DNA from: Harriotta raleighana
Taxonomy: Eukaryota
Reading direction: 5' to 3'
NCBI GenBank assembly: GCA_050575255.1
Contig: JBNZDD010013598.1
Span: 2,000,607 to 2,064,606 of the forward strand
DNA: 64,000 bases
Part shown: positions 51,791-64,000 of the stretch, in pieces
How positions within the stretch are numbered: the first letter of the stretch is position 1
Layout: each line of letters begins with the position of its first letter
Program-made: the position numbers and the translations under genes
Notes under the pieces: generated by a model
Told to the model about the DNA's origin: nothing
Database searches by the model: none
The model's input: the letters and a program-made list of their open reading frames with translations, nothing else

Positions 51791-52320
51791 TCGATTATTC
51801 ACCTGAAAGGTTTTTTTTGGGGGGCTGGGTGGAATGAGGGTTGCATTAGCACCCCAAAACCAATCTCTATAGTTGACAGCTACTGCTTGCGATGTTTATT
51901 TTTCCGGCAATGATAAGGCTCTGGGATCGAATACAAGGATATATATATATTGAACACAGTTGGAAATGACAGATTTTCGCACAAAAGGCTGGATAAGAAT
52001 TCTTCCAACACTTACTTTGATTCCAGTATTGGAAGCCGGAAGTATTCACACCGAACTAGGAGCACAGTGTTAAGATTCACGCAGAGTATGTAAAATGCAG
52101 ATTAGCTGCTGGTGTGAAAACCTCCAAACTGCAGAATGAACAACAAAACAAAATTACATTTGCATAGCGCCTTTCACCTGGGGAGGAGGTCCCAAGCCAC
52201 TGAGACACCTTGGGTTGTTTAATGATCAAGGCTCATGAGTGAACCAACAAGGCATTGAATGTTACAATAGTTTCCAGGTCCAATCCAATTCACGTCAATA
52301 AAGATGTGAAAAGTGCTATA

Positions 52321-52449
52321 AGAACATAAGAACATAAGAATTAGGAGCAGGAGTAGGCCATTTGGCCCCTCGAGCCTGCCCTGCCATTCAATAAGATCAT
52401 GGCTGATCTTCCGCCCTAACTCTAATTACCTGCCCTATCCCCATATCCC
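52321..52449 (-). mobile_element. CR1 LINE 3' fragment inserted in a SINE tail
   Basis: (AGAACATA)n tail, AGGAGCAGGAGTAGGCCAT...ATCATGGCTGATC; flanked by CTATA at 52316-52320 and 52450-52454. Confidence 0.9.
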
Positions 52450-53644
52450 CTATATCAAATGCAAGGACTATTATTATTATTATTATGAATGCACCTGAAG
52501 TGATTGCTCGCATTAAATAAACCAGATGTGATAAACCTTATGCACCCTGTATGAAACGCAAGGATTAATATTACAGTATTATTATTATTATTCCTCATCT
52601 CGCTTTAAATTGTCATCGCCTGTTAAAATGAACAATTTTACCCAAAGTTTGACCCATTGATAAAACTCTCCTATTTCAAAACAGAGGAGGGAGGAACGGA
52701 GTACCAGGCTAGCAGATAATAATAAGAATCCTTGCATTAGATATAGCGTTTTTCACATCTTCTAGACGTCTCAAAGCGCTTCACAGAATAAACTGTGAAT
52801 TGACTGTTTATTTGTGGGCAAAACGTACAGGATATGCACAAATGCGAGACTGTGGAGACTAAGTAGGACAGCAAAAAAGGTCAATTCAGCACGAGAGACC
52901 AAGCAAAAGAGAGTGAGGAAATGCAATAGAGTGGTGCGAAACGGCATGCAATCGCTGGTGTTAATTATCACAACGCACAGCACATTTCTCACCTCCGTGC
53001 GTTCACAGGAGGATAAAAATATAAGGAAGCTTTTGAAAACTGCTACCCAGCATGGGTGCTGACTGAGGCAGGCACTTAGAAAATATTGTCCCGCGGCAGA
53101 AACAAAAAAAAACAACAACTCTTAAACCCCAACTCCCATTATTATTCCAACAAAGTAATTCCAATGTGTGCCCAGTCACTCAAGGTAGGTAAGTATACAC
53201 TGGTGTGTTGTTTTTCGGTGAACCCATGTACTAATTCTGTACTTCAGCGTTAATTCCTCCTAAACAAACATCTCTAGTCAAATAGGCACACAACAGTTTG
53301 TCAACTGATCTAAACAAATGCATGGAACCCTTTGAAAGCAAAGCCAGTGATTAAGGCAGTTTATTTTGCAGTCTGAGCTGTGCCCAATTCTCAGGAAATT
53401 AATACTTAGTGAATAAATAGTGGCTGAATTGGCCCCGATGTTGTGTTACTGCTCTCTTTTATAAGAAGCTCTCGGGTCACAAGAGCAGCAAGCCTGATTG
53501 AGTTTGGAAAGTGTTTTGGAATTAGTTTTAGACTAAATAAAACCGGTACCAAAACTTTAGACCTGGTCTGGTCTGGTCTTGTCTGTTTTTTTTTGGTGTT
53601 GTTAAAAAAAAAATTCAGTTACTTCTTACTGTTAGCTGAACAAA

Positions 53645-53738
53645 GGCGTGTGGAGTGAGGAAACTTGCCCAACGTTTTGCACTGCCTGGGAATCGAACCC
53701 AGGTCTTCTTGCATGCGAGCGAGGCGAGTGCTCTAACA
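53645..53738 (-). mobile_element. Divergent SINE head fragment
   Basis: Reverse complement GTTAGAGCACTCGCCTCGCTCGCATGCAAGAAGACCTGGGTTCGATTCCCAGG, followed by the family TTGGGCAAGTTTCC segment. Confidence 0.75.
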
Positions 53739-54334
53739 GTGTGCTGTGTATAAGTTCCGTACAAGTGACATCCTCCCAACGTGAAGACTCCTGTGGGGTG
53801 AAATTCGAGACACCTTTTAAGAGATTTGGCTGTTTGGCTAAAAAATGAAAAAGTTTCAACTCCTCTCAGCTGCGTAAAAGATTCTTGCCGGTCCTTGGCG
53901 TGGAGACGGATCACAACACTGTTAGTCAAGTGGATCCGCACTGCCTCCAGCCTTTGGGACAGTGAGACTGGGTTCGAGACTCCGGGCTCCTCTCTCTCTT
54001 TCATGCAATCATGTGGAGCAACGCTAAGCTAAACTGAGTTTCGCAGGTTGAGTTAATCCGAGTGTTTCAATCAGTGCAGTGCGGCCATGTGGCAGGGAAT
54101 GTGATTGTTGTTTCCACATGTGCTGTTGATTATTTTTACGGCGTGAAAGAGTCCGGGCTAGGGTTGGTGAAAATCACACCCATTGACGAGCTCCTCCACG
54201 CCCTCCCCCCACCCGCCCGCCTCCCCCCCCCCACCCCCGCATCGAACTGAGCTAAAGCATCCCACCTTCATTTGCAGAGGGCGATGGAGGAACGTTGACT
54301 TACTGCCTGCCTCTGAGCTCACGGCTTGGCTTGG

Positions 54335-54630
54335 CTTGGCTGAAGCTCCAGTCCGATGCTGGTGGGAGCGCTGAGTGGCCGGGAGATGCCGTCCTTCGGG
54401 AAGAGCCATTAAACCGAGGTTCTATCCGCCTTTTCTCAGGTGATCGCGCAAAGATCCCATTACATTATTTGAAAACAGGGAGTTTCTCTCTTGTGTCCCA
54501 GCCAACACTGTTCAAGACTAATTGGAAATTCACTTGATGGCCCTTCGTGTTTTTCTTGCGAGTAAGAATGCTGCCACATTTGCATACGAATGCACAGTCA
54601 CCGCACTTGACAGCAAAACGCTTTGGGGGC
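54335..54630 (+). mobile_element. Deu-domain SINE
   Basis: GATGCCGTCCTTCGGGAAGAGCCATTAAACCGAGG...AAAGATCCCATTACATTATTTGAAAACAGGGAGTTTCTC...AAACGCTTTGGG. Confidence 0.72.
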
Positions 54631-54822
54631 ATTTCAAGTTTACTGGGGCTACAACAGAAACCATTACACCATTACTGCTAGTGATTAGGCTATTCCGTGT
54701 GATGCTCTGTAAGGCCGCCTTGCACAAGCTAGAAATCAAATGCAGGGAGTTCTTCTGAACTCTGCCTTGAATTACCGTTGAGCCAATGCAAACAGAGGAA
54801 GATCAGGCTTAGGGAATATGAT

Positions 54823-55131
54823 GGGAGTCCTGTAGTTCAGTGGTTAGAGCACTCACCTTACAGGTGTGAGACCTGTGTTTCGAATCCAGGCAGGTCAGGG
54901 CGAAACCTTGGGCAAGTTTCCTTTCTCCACACACCAAATAATAATCCCACCAAAAAAAAACCTACAATAAATTGGTCATTTCAATCCACAACTGTTTGTG
55001 GGACACTGCTATGCGCAATTGGCTGCCGCATTTCGCCCACAACTGTACAGTCAATTCACTTTACAGTGTATTCTGTGCAGCTCTTTGAGAAGACGTGAAA
55101 AGCGCTATATCAAATGCAAGGATTATTATTA
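54823..55131 (+). mobile_element. tRNA-derived SINE (SINE2-1_CM-like), full length
   Basis: Complete head, core and tail. Confidence 0.93.
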
Positions 55132-56682
55132 CAGTGTTGTGATATTTTACAGTATCACCCGTGAAGCTGTGGCTGAAGACGAAAGAGCATCAGCGCACGG
55201 AGAGAGAAAAAAAACGATGCTCATTTGTGGGCGAATGGATGCATGAGGGAGAAGGGAATAGAGGGGACGAGGTAACGGATAAAAAGAAGGGGTGAGGTGT
55301 GGCGTATAATCATAGACTGTTTGTGCGGAATGAGCTATTTCTCATTGTCATTTTTCTCCCGTGACACTCTGTGACCACAAAGAGCTTAATCTGCTTTCCA
55401 GGTTCGTCGCTCGATCCGAGTTACCCAATTTGTTCGGAAGTGCGTCCTTAATTGATTTCCAGGAAACAAAAGCAATGTGGAGTTTGGTCTAATTAACTGA
55501 GGCTCGCGTACCTATTTTGCATTGTGTGTCGATTTATTTCGGTTGGAGAAGTAATCTCGAACGCTTTTAATTCTCCTGCCATTTCAGCGCCTCGGGGGTT
55601 AATGCTCTACATAAAGTTTGAAAAAAATCAACCTTATTTACCTGTGAATAAAACTAGCCTTGCACCCCACCACCCCACCACACACACAAAAAGAAAATGG
55701 AATTAAAAAATTGATCTGAAAGCAGAGAGGAGAGAGAGAGAGAGAGAGAGATCAGCTGGATTGATTCTACTCCTTGCACATGGCGTGACTCATGTAAAAT
55801 TCACCTGCATCAGCTACTCACGAATATCTCTAAGAAATGACTGGGTTTGGAATGGGTGCGAGCTGGAACCTGTAGCGCTAACAATAATCTCTATTGTATC
55901 CACCAACAACAGCACCTCCATTCAGTGCAATAGCACAAAGTCAATCAGTCACAGAGTGTCAGCACACAAAGCAAACCGCAAGCCGCAGGCTAGAGATCAA
56001 GCGTAATCACAACTGCAAATCCTCACTGCTCTTTACACGCAATGTGTCAATCACGGCACCGTTTGATGGGCAAGCTGGGAGCCAAACGCCAATCCCATCC
56101 ATCACAGGTAACGCCAATAAGAATAGCACAAAGGAGGGACTTCAGTGGAACAACACAGGCAACCTGACTTTCTATCTTTTCAAAGCTATAGTGGGAACCA
56201 TCGATTTAATTTTTCTGTTCAGTTTAACACTTTGCGAGCCAGGCTACTGCTGAAATGCTTTAGGCGACCCCCCCCATTCCCACCCCCACACACACACACA
56301 CACACACACAGAGAGAGGAAGAGGGAGTTGACAGCAATAACCTTCTGATATGGCAAATGTACAGCCTGGAAAAGCCACTGTGGTCCATCTCGCTGGGCAC
56401 ATTGTCACAAAAGATCAGGCATTATTCGATCGCTCCTGGCTTGCCGCACAATTGGCTTCTTCGAGCCAAAGAGCTACTTAAATCAATGTGTGGATTGCTG
56501 GATAAAACGCTGATAAATACTCCTTGCAATTGATACAGGCAGGGGCTGATTGCAATCGATATTACATTGCCAAGTCCCTGGGTGCTCTATCGACAAACAG
56601 TTTCATCCAAAAAGAAAGTTTAGAAATATTGCCAGTACAAAAACCCTTTTGGGGGGGGGATAAATCGCTGATATCAAATGTA

Positions 56683-56990
56683 GTAATAATAATAATACCA
56701 ATCCTTGTATTTGATATTGTCCTTTCCACGTCTTATCGACGTCTCAAAGAATATATTGTCAAGTGAATTGACTTGTATATTCGTGGGCGAAAGGCGGCAG
56801 CCAATTGCGCAGAGCAGTGTCCCCACAAACAGTCGTGGATTGAATTGACCAATTTATTACTGGGTTTTTTTCCGAGGGATTATTATCAGGCGTGTATGGA
56901 GTAAGGAAACTTGCCCAAGGATTCGCCCTGCCTGAAATTGAACTCGGATCTCTCGCTTGTAAGGCGAGTGCTCTGAGATACAGGAGCTCC
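56683..56990 (-). mobile_element. tRNA-derived SINE, near full length
   Basis: Ends in ACAGGAGCTCC (5' end of the element on the minus strand); core and tail present. Confidence 0.9.
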
Positions 56991-57719
56991 ACCATGAGTC
57001 CTCGATTACGCTTCGTTAGCATTTTCTGAACGCAGCTGAAATAACTCGGAAACGAGAGTAAAATGGCAGTGGCGGCGGCCACAGTTTCACAAGCGGTTTG
57101 AGAGTCCCGGCAGAAATGTACACAACTTCTGCGTGGGTGAGGGAGACTGGGGAGAGGTGTAGATTGTGGAAATAAATTCTGGAAGATTGAGCTGGACGGA
57201 CTCGGGGCAATCGCCAGGATAAAATCAAAGGGAGACATAACAGGACAGCGGAAAAGAGATTGAGTTGCAGCCAGAAGATAGGATTAGTATGCAGTTGTCA
57301 AGGACCTAGTTGTCACTGCAACAATGGAGAGACAGTGTACACAGCGTCAAAACCAAGCTGGTCTTATTAACTGCCCTTGGGCTGAGGAGTGCAGAAGGAA
57401 CAAAACTTAGTCCACTGAGCGAGTTAATTGTCCCCATCCTGACATCTTGGGCAACCAGGAATAAGAAGGAGAAAGGGAGGTGAAACAGAACAAGAATAAC
57501 CTTTTACTCTACATTGTGCCTAAAAGTCTGAACAACAAGTTTCATTTCTATAGGGTCTTTCATGCATATAATATACATATATAAATATATGACTTGACGA
57601 GCAGTGATGGCTTTAGTTTAATATATATATATTCTAAGTATTCTCATGGCAATTTCCTTCAGTATCTGCAAACATGTTGACCAACATGAGTTAACAACGA
57701 AACAAAAACAAAGATGGAA

Positions 57720-57928
57720 GCATGGCAGCCAATCGCAGCAACGTCCCCACAAACAGTCATGGATCGAAATGACTTAATTTTTATTCTTGTTTTTTTTTTT
57801 TGGGGGGGAGGGATTATTATTAGGTGTGTGGAGCAAAGAAACTTGCCCAAGGTTTCGCCCCGAACCTGCCTGGATTCGAAACACGGGTCTCATGCTTGTA
57901 AGGCGAGTGCTCTCGAGCTCCAGGAGCT
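57720..57928 (-). mobile_element. tRNA-derived SINE, 5' two-thirds
   Basis: Head with GGATTCGAAAC B box and core; tail missing. Confidence 0.88.
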
Positions 57929-59139
57929 TCACCAAGGGCGGAGAGAGCAGGTAAAGGAAGCTCATTTTCTTCCCCAAGTCAAGACCTCGAAACCGAAAAG
58001 CAGCTTGAGCATTTGTGAGGAAAGTTCGCTCAGTCACTTTGACCGGCGTTATAAAAAGACCGCGAGTCGGATAAAATAGGCGTTCTGAACAATGCAGCCG
58101 GGGAACGAATGAAAAGTCCTTCCATTGAAGGATCTGAAGCTGAAATACCGGGAAGTTATCTCGGGTCAAATCGCACCCAAAAGAGAAAGGAAAGCTGACG
58201 TCACTCTACAGGATATATAAGCAAGCAAAAAAAAAAACCCACATATATTAACACAAAGGAACATGTGGGGAAAAATAATTACAATCGGTTACACCAGGAA
58301 GGTGATTGAGGCCAGGACGCTGGGACTCATTAAAAACACAGCTCGATGCTTTGATGGATAGACGGTAGTATAGGCATTCTGGAAGGGACAGAGTGCTCCA
58401 CGTTCCTTTCCAGACACAGAGAAATTTCCACGTGTGGGTGGGCATGCCTGCCTATGTGGAACTCTCTCTCAAAGTCTGGTTCGGATGTTGTTAAGCATGG
58501 CGATGGGTTTCTGCCTGAGCAGATGACAAAAAAAAATAGGAGACGCGCAAAACGGACTGAAACAATCTTCTCAATCGAAAGCAATTTTTAGATTACCTAA
58601 TAATAATTGTGAGGAAACAAGGGGCATTGATGGGTTGTGCAATGCTCCTAATTTGTGGATGGAGGAAAGAGTTGGAGACAAGGGGGTTTGAGTGTGGAAC
58701 AACAGAAGGGTTTGGAGAAATAAGTGTGCGCGTGGTGGAGGGGGGGGGTTTGAGGGTGGGATGACGGTTGTCAAAGCATTTACTGTGTACGCTCACACAT
58801 GATAAATGGTCACTTGGGTGAGATAAGTAACTGTATTTTGTAAATCATATACCACAATGGGATTTTTAAAAAAAAAACGTAATATTTAACATTGCTCACA
58901 TCTCACTGCTCTGCAAATTAAGGATGAATTCAATTCACATAGCCACTGTGGACTTCATTATAATGTACTTTGGACACGAACCACGGAACGTAGGAGGAAA
59001 ATTGAGCTCAGTAGCTAGTTGATTCGCAACTCAATACAGTAGGGAGAACTTTATCCACACTGGTTGCAACCGGTGTTACGTATAATAATAATAATAATGA
59101 CGGTAATCCATGCACTTGTGTTCGTGTCAGGAGGCCGTC

Positions 59140-59300
59140 TCAAAACACATACAGTAGTGTAAAATTGGGGTTGACTGTATATTTTGTAGCTGATTGCGGC
59201 AGCCCATTTGCGAACAGCCATGAAGTGAGTGATAGATTATATCTGTGGGTTCCCGAGTAGCGCTGCTCAGGCAGAAGGGACCTCGGTTTAACGTCTCGTA
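59140..59300 (-). mobile_element. Deu-domain SINE fragment
   Basis: GGGACCTCGGTTTAACGTCTCGT and GCGGCAGCCCATTTGCGAACAGC. Confidence 0.65.
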
Positions 59301-59681
59301 CAAAGGACACGGGTTTGCCTTGCGTATTTGCGCGTTGTTTTTTTTTCCCCACGTTCCTTCTCAATAATCTGGCCCGACTCTCCAAACACGCCTCGCGTCG
59401 GATTTGAGGCAACTGTCGAATCCTTCATTGCCAACTGCGCGTTCTGAGAGAGAGAGAGANGAGTAGCGCTGCTCAGGCAGAAGGGACCTCGGTTTAACGT
59501 CTCGTACAAAGGACACGGGTTTGCCTTGCGTATTTGCGCGTTGTTTTTTTTTCCCCACGTTCCTTCTCAATAATCTGGCCCGACTCTCCAAACACGCCTC
59601 GCGTCGGATTTGAGGCAACTGTCGAATCCTTCATTGCCAACTGCGCGTTCTGAGAGAGAGAGAGAGAGTGGGAAAAGCGAA

Positions 59682-59712
<31 letters not shown>

Positions 59713-59921
59713 AAGAGCGTAGGAGAAAAAGGACAATGTAACCTACACACCATACTATAATGATCATTACAAGGTGCAGCCAGCCACACCAAATAAAATA
59801 AACTTCAAACTGATGAAAGAAACTTTGTGTTATTTCGCCCCTTGCCATCCCTCCCTCCCGCTTTTGCATAGCTCCAAATTGTGGCTTTAGCACATTCAAA
59901 AGTNAGAGTGGGAAAAGCGAA

Positions 59922-59952
<31 letters not shown>

Positions 59953-61329
59953 AAGAGCGTAGGAGAAAAAGGACAATGTAACCTACACACCATACTATAA
60001 TGATCATTACAAGGTGCAGCCAGCCACACCAAATAAAATAAACTTCAAACTGATGAAAGAAACTTTGTGTTATTTCGCCCCTTGCCATCCCTCCCTCCCG
60101 CTTTTGCATAGCTCCAAATTGTGGCTTTAGCACATTCAAAAGTGCTTTTTGGGGGGTTGGGGGGAAGGGGTGAGTTTGAAAAAAAATGAAATGAAAAAAA
60201 AACACACACACACAGGCGTTGGGAGGAGGAGGAAGAGGAGGCATGTCAAATCTCCAACCAGGTAGGGTTTTTAATTGCCCATTTGTCTAAGTGTTTTCTA
60301 TTAGCTGACTGGCCCAGGTTGTGGAAGAAGGAAAGTATTGTTTGAATGGGCCCCTTGTTTAATGTGCGTGCGAAGCTGACTGCTCCCTGCCTTTCCCCCG
60401 CCCACTCTGTGAAACCACAAGCCGCTCTGCTACACCTTTCCCAGGGACAGTAAACAAGATCTCTCCGCACGCCATCTCACCTCATGCATTCCCAGCCTCT
60501 GACTCACCCCGACCCGGAACTCCACAAAGCAACGCACAACAGAAATCTCCTCTCTCTCTCTCTCTCTTTTTTCTTGCACTTCTCTTCAAATCTCTCACCA
60601 CCGCCGTGCAAACTCCTTATCGACAGCCACTGACTGCCACCCAAGCGTAACAATGTAATGCAGGCAATGTAGAGAGCGAGGTCTGTCCCATCACTCATTC
60701 ACACACACACACACACTCACACACACACGCTCGCTCACTCAATCCCTTCGACATTGGTGAATAACCTCCTTTTTTTCCCCCCCCGCGAAGGAGAATTTTT
60801 TGCTCTCGCTTTCATATCAGTTTCTGGGACAATGGGGAAATCCTCAAGCAATAAAAAAAAGGCATGAGATGAATGCAAGTGTTTCAACACGCCGAAAAGT
60901 TTTAAAATAATAAGAACAATCGTTGCATTTGACACAGGGCCTTGCCACATCGTTGAGACGTCTCAAAGCGTTTCACGGAATGTACTGTAAAGCGGACTGA
61001 CTGTGTGTTTTGCGGGTGAAATGCGATAGCAAATTGCGCATAGCAGCTTCCCGCAGACAGTCGTGGACTGAGTCCTCAAATTTTGTTCTAAGGGTTGATT
61101 TGTCCCAGAATGCGGTCTGCCAATCCACTAAAAATTGCAGAGAATAACATGTTAACTATCGAGAGCACAGATATTTAGCGGTAATAAAAGTAAATGAGGC
61201 AAACTATGGCTTAATGTCAGTAATTTGTTCTGTCGGTAGCTTGTCACGGTCACCCTGGCACTCTGGAGAGTGACTGAGGCTTTCAACTGCTCCAAATCAG
61301 TCTTGTTCGTTCATCTGGCTTTCCTGCCA

Positions 61330-61550
61330 GTGGGGAGCTGGGTGCCAAGCTGGCTCATTCGATAGCATATCAAGCTCGCCTCCAAGTTGGAAGGTTGTGC
61401 GTTCAAGCCCCATGTTGGGGTTTTGAGATTCACAGTCTCAAGGGACGTTCCAGTGTGAGCTGTATTGTCAGAGGTGTCGTTCTTTGGATGAAACGTCATC
61501 ATGATGAGAGGTCATGTCTGCCTTGTGTGCATAAAAGACCCCGTGATCCG
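61330..61550 (+). mobile_element. Deu-domain SINE 5' part
   Basis: GAAGGTTGTGCGTTCAAGCCCCA...GAGGTGTCGTTCTTTGGATGAAACGT...TAAAAGACCCCGTG. Confidence 0.65.
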
Positions 61551-61611
61551 ACAACAGCAATAACAACTGCATTTATAGAGTGACTTTCACGTGGCTGTGC
61601 GAGTGAGCTGA

Positions 61612-61940
61612 TCTGTAGCTCAGTGGTTAGAGCACTCGCCTTACAAGCGTGTGACCTGTGTTCAAATCCAGGCAGTTCAGGGCAAAACCTTGGGCAAGTT
61701 ACCTTACTCCACACACACACGCCTGATAATAATCCGTCCCCAAAAAACCCACAATAATAAAACTTGGTCATTTCAACCCACGACTGTTTATGGGGGAACG
61801 CTGCTGTGCGCAATTTGAGCTGTCCGCGTTTCGCCCACAAATATACAGTCGAATGACTTGGCAGTACATGCTGTGAAGCGCTTTGAGACGTCGCTAGGAT
61901 GTGAAAAGCGCTATGTCAAATGCAAGGATTATTCTGATTA
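61612..61940 (+). mobile_element. tRNA-derived SINE (SINE2-1_CM-like), full length
   Basis: TGTAGCTCAGTGGTTAGAGCACTCGCCTTACAAGCG head, core and tail. Confidence 0.93.
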
Positions 61941-63331
61941 TGATCCATATCTCAGCTGGGGCAGGAGAAAGGGCAATGCAACTGGTACCATTGCCCACAG
62001 AACTGAGCGAGTAGAACAAAAAAACAGCCGATCGTTTTGTGCCCGCCCGCTACAAAGCTCGTGGGCGGGTGAACAATGAGCAAGGGCAGGAAAAGGGTTG
62101 GTTGGAGAAGATCTTCTCCATGGTTGAGCTGTCTGCCAGCACACATTGGCTTGGCTCATATGTGCTCAACAACTGTTGAGCGCCTAACGATGCGCACACC
62201 AAAGTGATTCACCAGGCAGCCCCCCCCCCCCCCCCCCCCATCCNGAGAGGAGAAAGCGAGGAGCCAACTGGAGGCGGGAGGGAGGAAAACTTTGCCTAAG
62301 TGACGAGTGACATTCGTTTCAAACCACGGGGCGATGCGTCAAACCTGCAAAAACCCATATGCTATTATACCATCTGCAATATGTAATCCTTCGCATTTGA
62401 TGCAGCGCCTTAGCACATCTGCGAGACGTCTCAAAGCGCTTCACAGAAAACATCATATCGTGCGAATAGGACAGTTGTTTCAGATTAGACGTGGATGCCT
62501 GCGCTTTACAAGGCGGGCTGAAATTTGCTCGTTATCAGAGTTGCTGTCACTTTGGAAAGATTAAGCAGAGCTGCCAGCTGGCTTTTCTCATGTTGTGCAC
62601 GGTGCTGAAATCGCAATGGACTTTGTTCCCGCCAAGTCGGCTGCCCAATACACCGTCACTGGACTTTACCTGAGCAATCAATCCCCCGAAGCCCTTTGAG
62701 ACGTCCCACAAAACATCAATCCAGAGGGTAGGTGGAACCTGCAAAATCAGAAACTTCATAGTGGTTGTAAAGCATTGGGACTGTGTATTTATGGATGAAC
62801 TGGGCGACCAATTTGCGCATAGCAATATCCCCAGACAAACAGCCTAGGAAGTGAATGATTAATTTTAGTTTAGGGTGATACCATTTAATCCCGAGTTATA
62901 CCACGGGATAAATAACAAAAAAAAATTGTCCTTGCATTTGATGTAGCGCTTTTCACGTCTCCTGGACGTCTCAAAGCACCTCACAAAACATACCGTAAGT
63001 TAAATAGACTGTATATTTGTGGGGCGAAATTTGTGAACTGTATATTTGTGGGGATCCTTACCGTCCGCCTGAAACAGGCCGACGGGACCTCTGCGCAAAC
63101 GAAAAACTAATTTGTGAAAAAAAAGGCACAGAGCATTTCTTCATTTGAAGTATTTCCTGAATAAATTTACGTTTACTGCCACCAAGACCTCAAAGGATTG
63201 TTTTGTATAACACAGCCTGCTTCCAATTATCTTCAATAAGATCGCTCCATTCTCCAGATCATTTTCTGGATGCCCCCAAGGTAGTATATATTGTCAACTG
63301 AGTTTAATTCTTGGTATAGGTTATTTCTCTC

Positions 63332-63382
63332 NNNNNNNNNNNNNNNNNNNNNNNNNNNNNNNNNNNNNNNNNNNNNNNNNNN

Positions 63383-63474
<92 letters not shown>
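63332..63474. other. Assembly gap followed by a long poly-G run
   Basis: Ns at 63332-63382, then about 90 G. Confidence 0.97.
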
Positions 63475-63475
<1 letters not shown>

Positions 63476-63764
63476 GATGGGGGGTTTTGAGATTGAGAGG
63501 GGAGTTTGGGGGGGGGTTGGGGTAGTTTGGGGCGGAGAAGATTAGAGAGGTGGAATTGCTTCCCCAGAGGATGGGAGGGAGGGAATATCGGAGAATGGTT
63601 CATCCTACTTTTTGCCCTTGCACCTGGTTCGAAGTTACTGTTTTGGTAGCTGATCCTTGAATTTGTAGTAGCAGCCAAGTAAAATACAGGTAAAACACAT
63701 TTAACTCATTCAGCCTGAGCAATCAATCTATGTGTGTTGGCCTGGCTCGGTTGTTCACAGGTCT

Positions 63765-63950
63765 CGCCTCTGTGTTGGAAAACTCTTCTCGCGAGTTCAA
63801 GCTCAGCGTTCGGGACTCGCAATCTGAAGTCTAGTCCAGCCTGAAGCTGTACTGGGAGGAGCGGCGACCTTGCTGGAGATGACGACCTGTAGCGACGCGT
63901 TTAATCTGTCTGTTCAGGTGTACGTTAAAAGATCCAATGCCACTGCTCCA
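63765..63950 (+). mobile_element. Deu-domain SINE 5' part (degraded)
   Basis: GTACTGGGAGGAGCGGCG...GTCTGTTCAGGTGTACGTTAAAAGATCCAATGCCACT. Confidence 0.6.
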
Positions 63951-64000
63951 AATGCTTGGCTCAGCCATCAGACGAGCGAGACCACCAGAGAGAATGGATG

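Noticed and set aside
61612-61685. tRNA-Val(TAC)-like genes
   Set aside because: These are SINE heads: each runs into the SINE body and the acceptor stem is incomplete.

Overview
Eukaryotic vertebrate genomic DNA, not prokaryotic. The repeats point to a cartilaginous fish, most likely elephant shark (Callorhinchus milii). That is an inference from a dominant tRNA-headed SINE with an (ATT)n tail, older Deu-domain SINEs, shark-type CR1 3' tails ending in (TTCTTATG)n, and L2 LINE 3' ends. I recognise no protein-coding exon: the ORF track is microsatellite-, SINE- or chance-derived. The main unique feature is a CpG-island promoter at about 35.78-36.09 kb with NF-Y boxes, GC boxes, an SRE-like element, a ZNF143/THAP11 composite motif and a CTCF-like site. 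Around it lie repeat-free, TF-motif-rich blocks that look like conserved non-coding elements. The window is therefore probably the 5'/intronic regulatory region of a large gene, which I cannot name. About 14 apparent tandem duplications are split by a single N and are probably uncollapsed-haplotype assembly artefacts. I found no previously undescribed biological system that the sequence supports. The best leads are the promoter architecture, the CTCF and CNE-like elements, and retroposon biology (SINE head origin, SINE/L2 shared tail, nested insertion, inverted-SINE hairpin). Coordinates of degraded repeats are approximate, and family names come from recalled consensus sequences rather than a database search.
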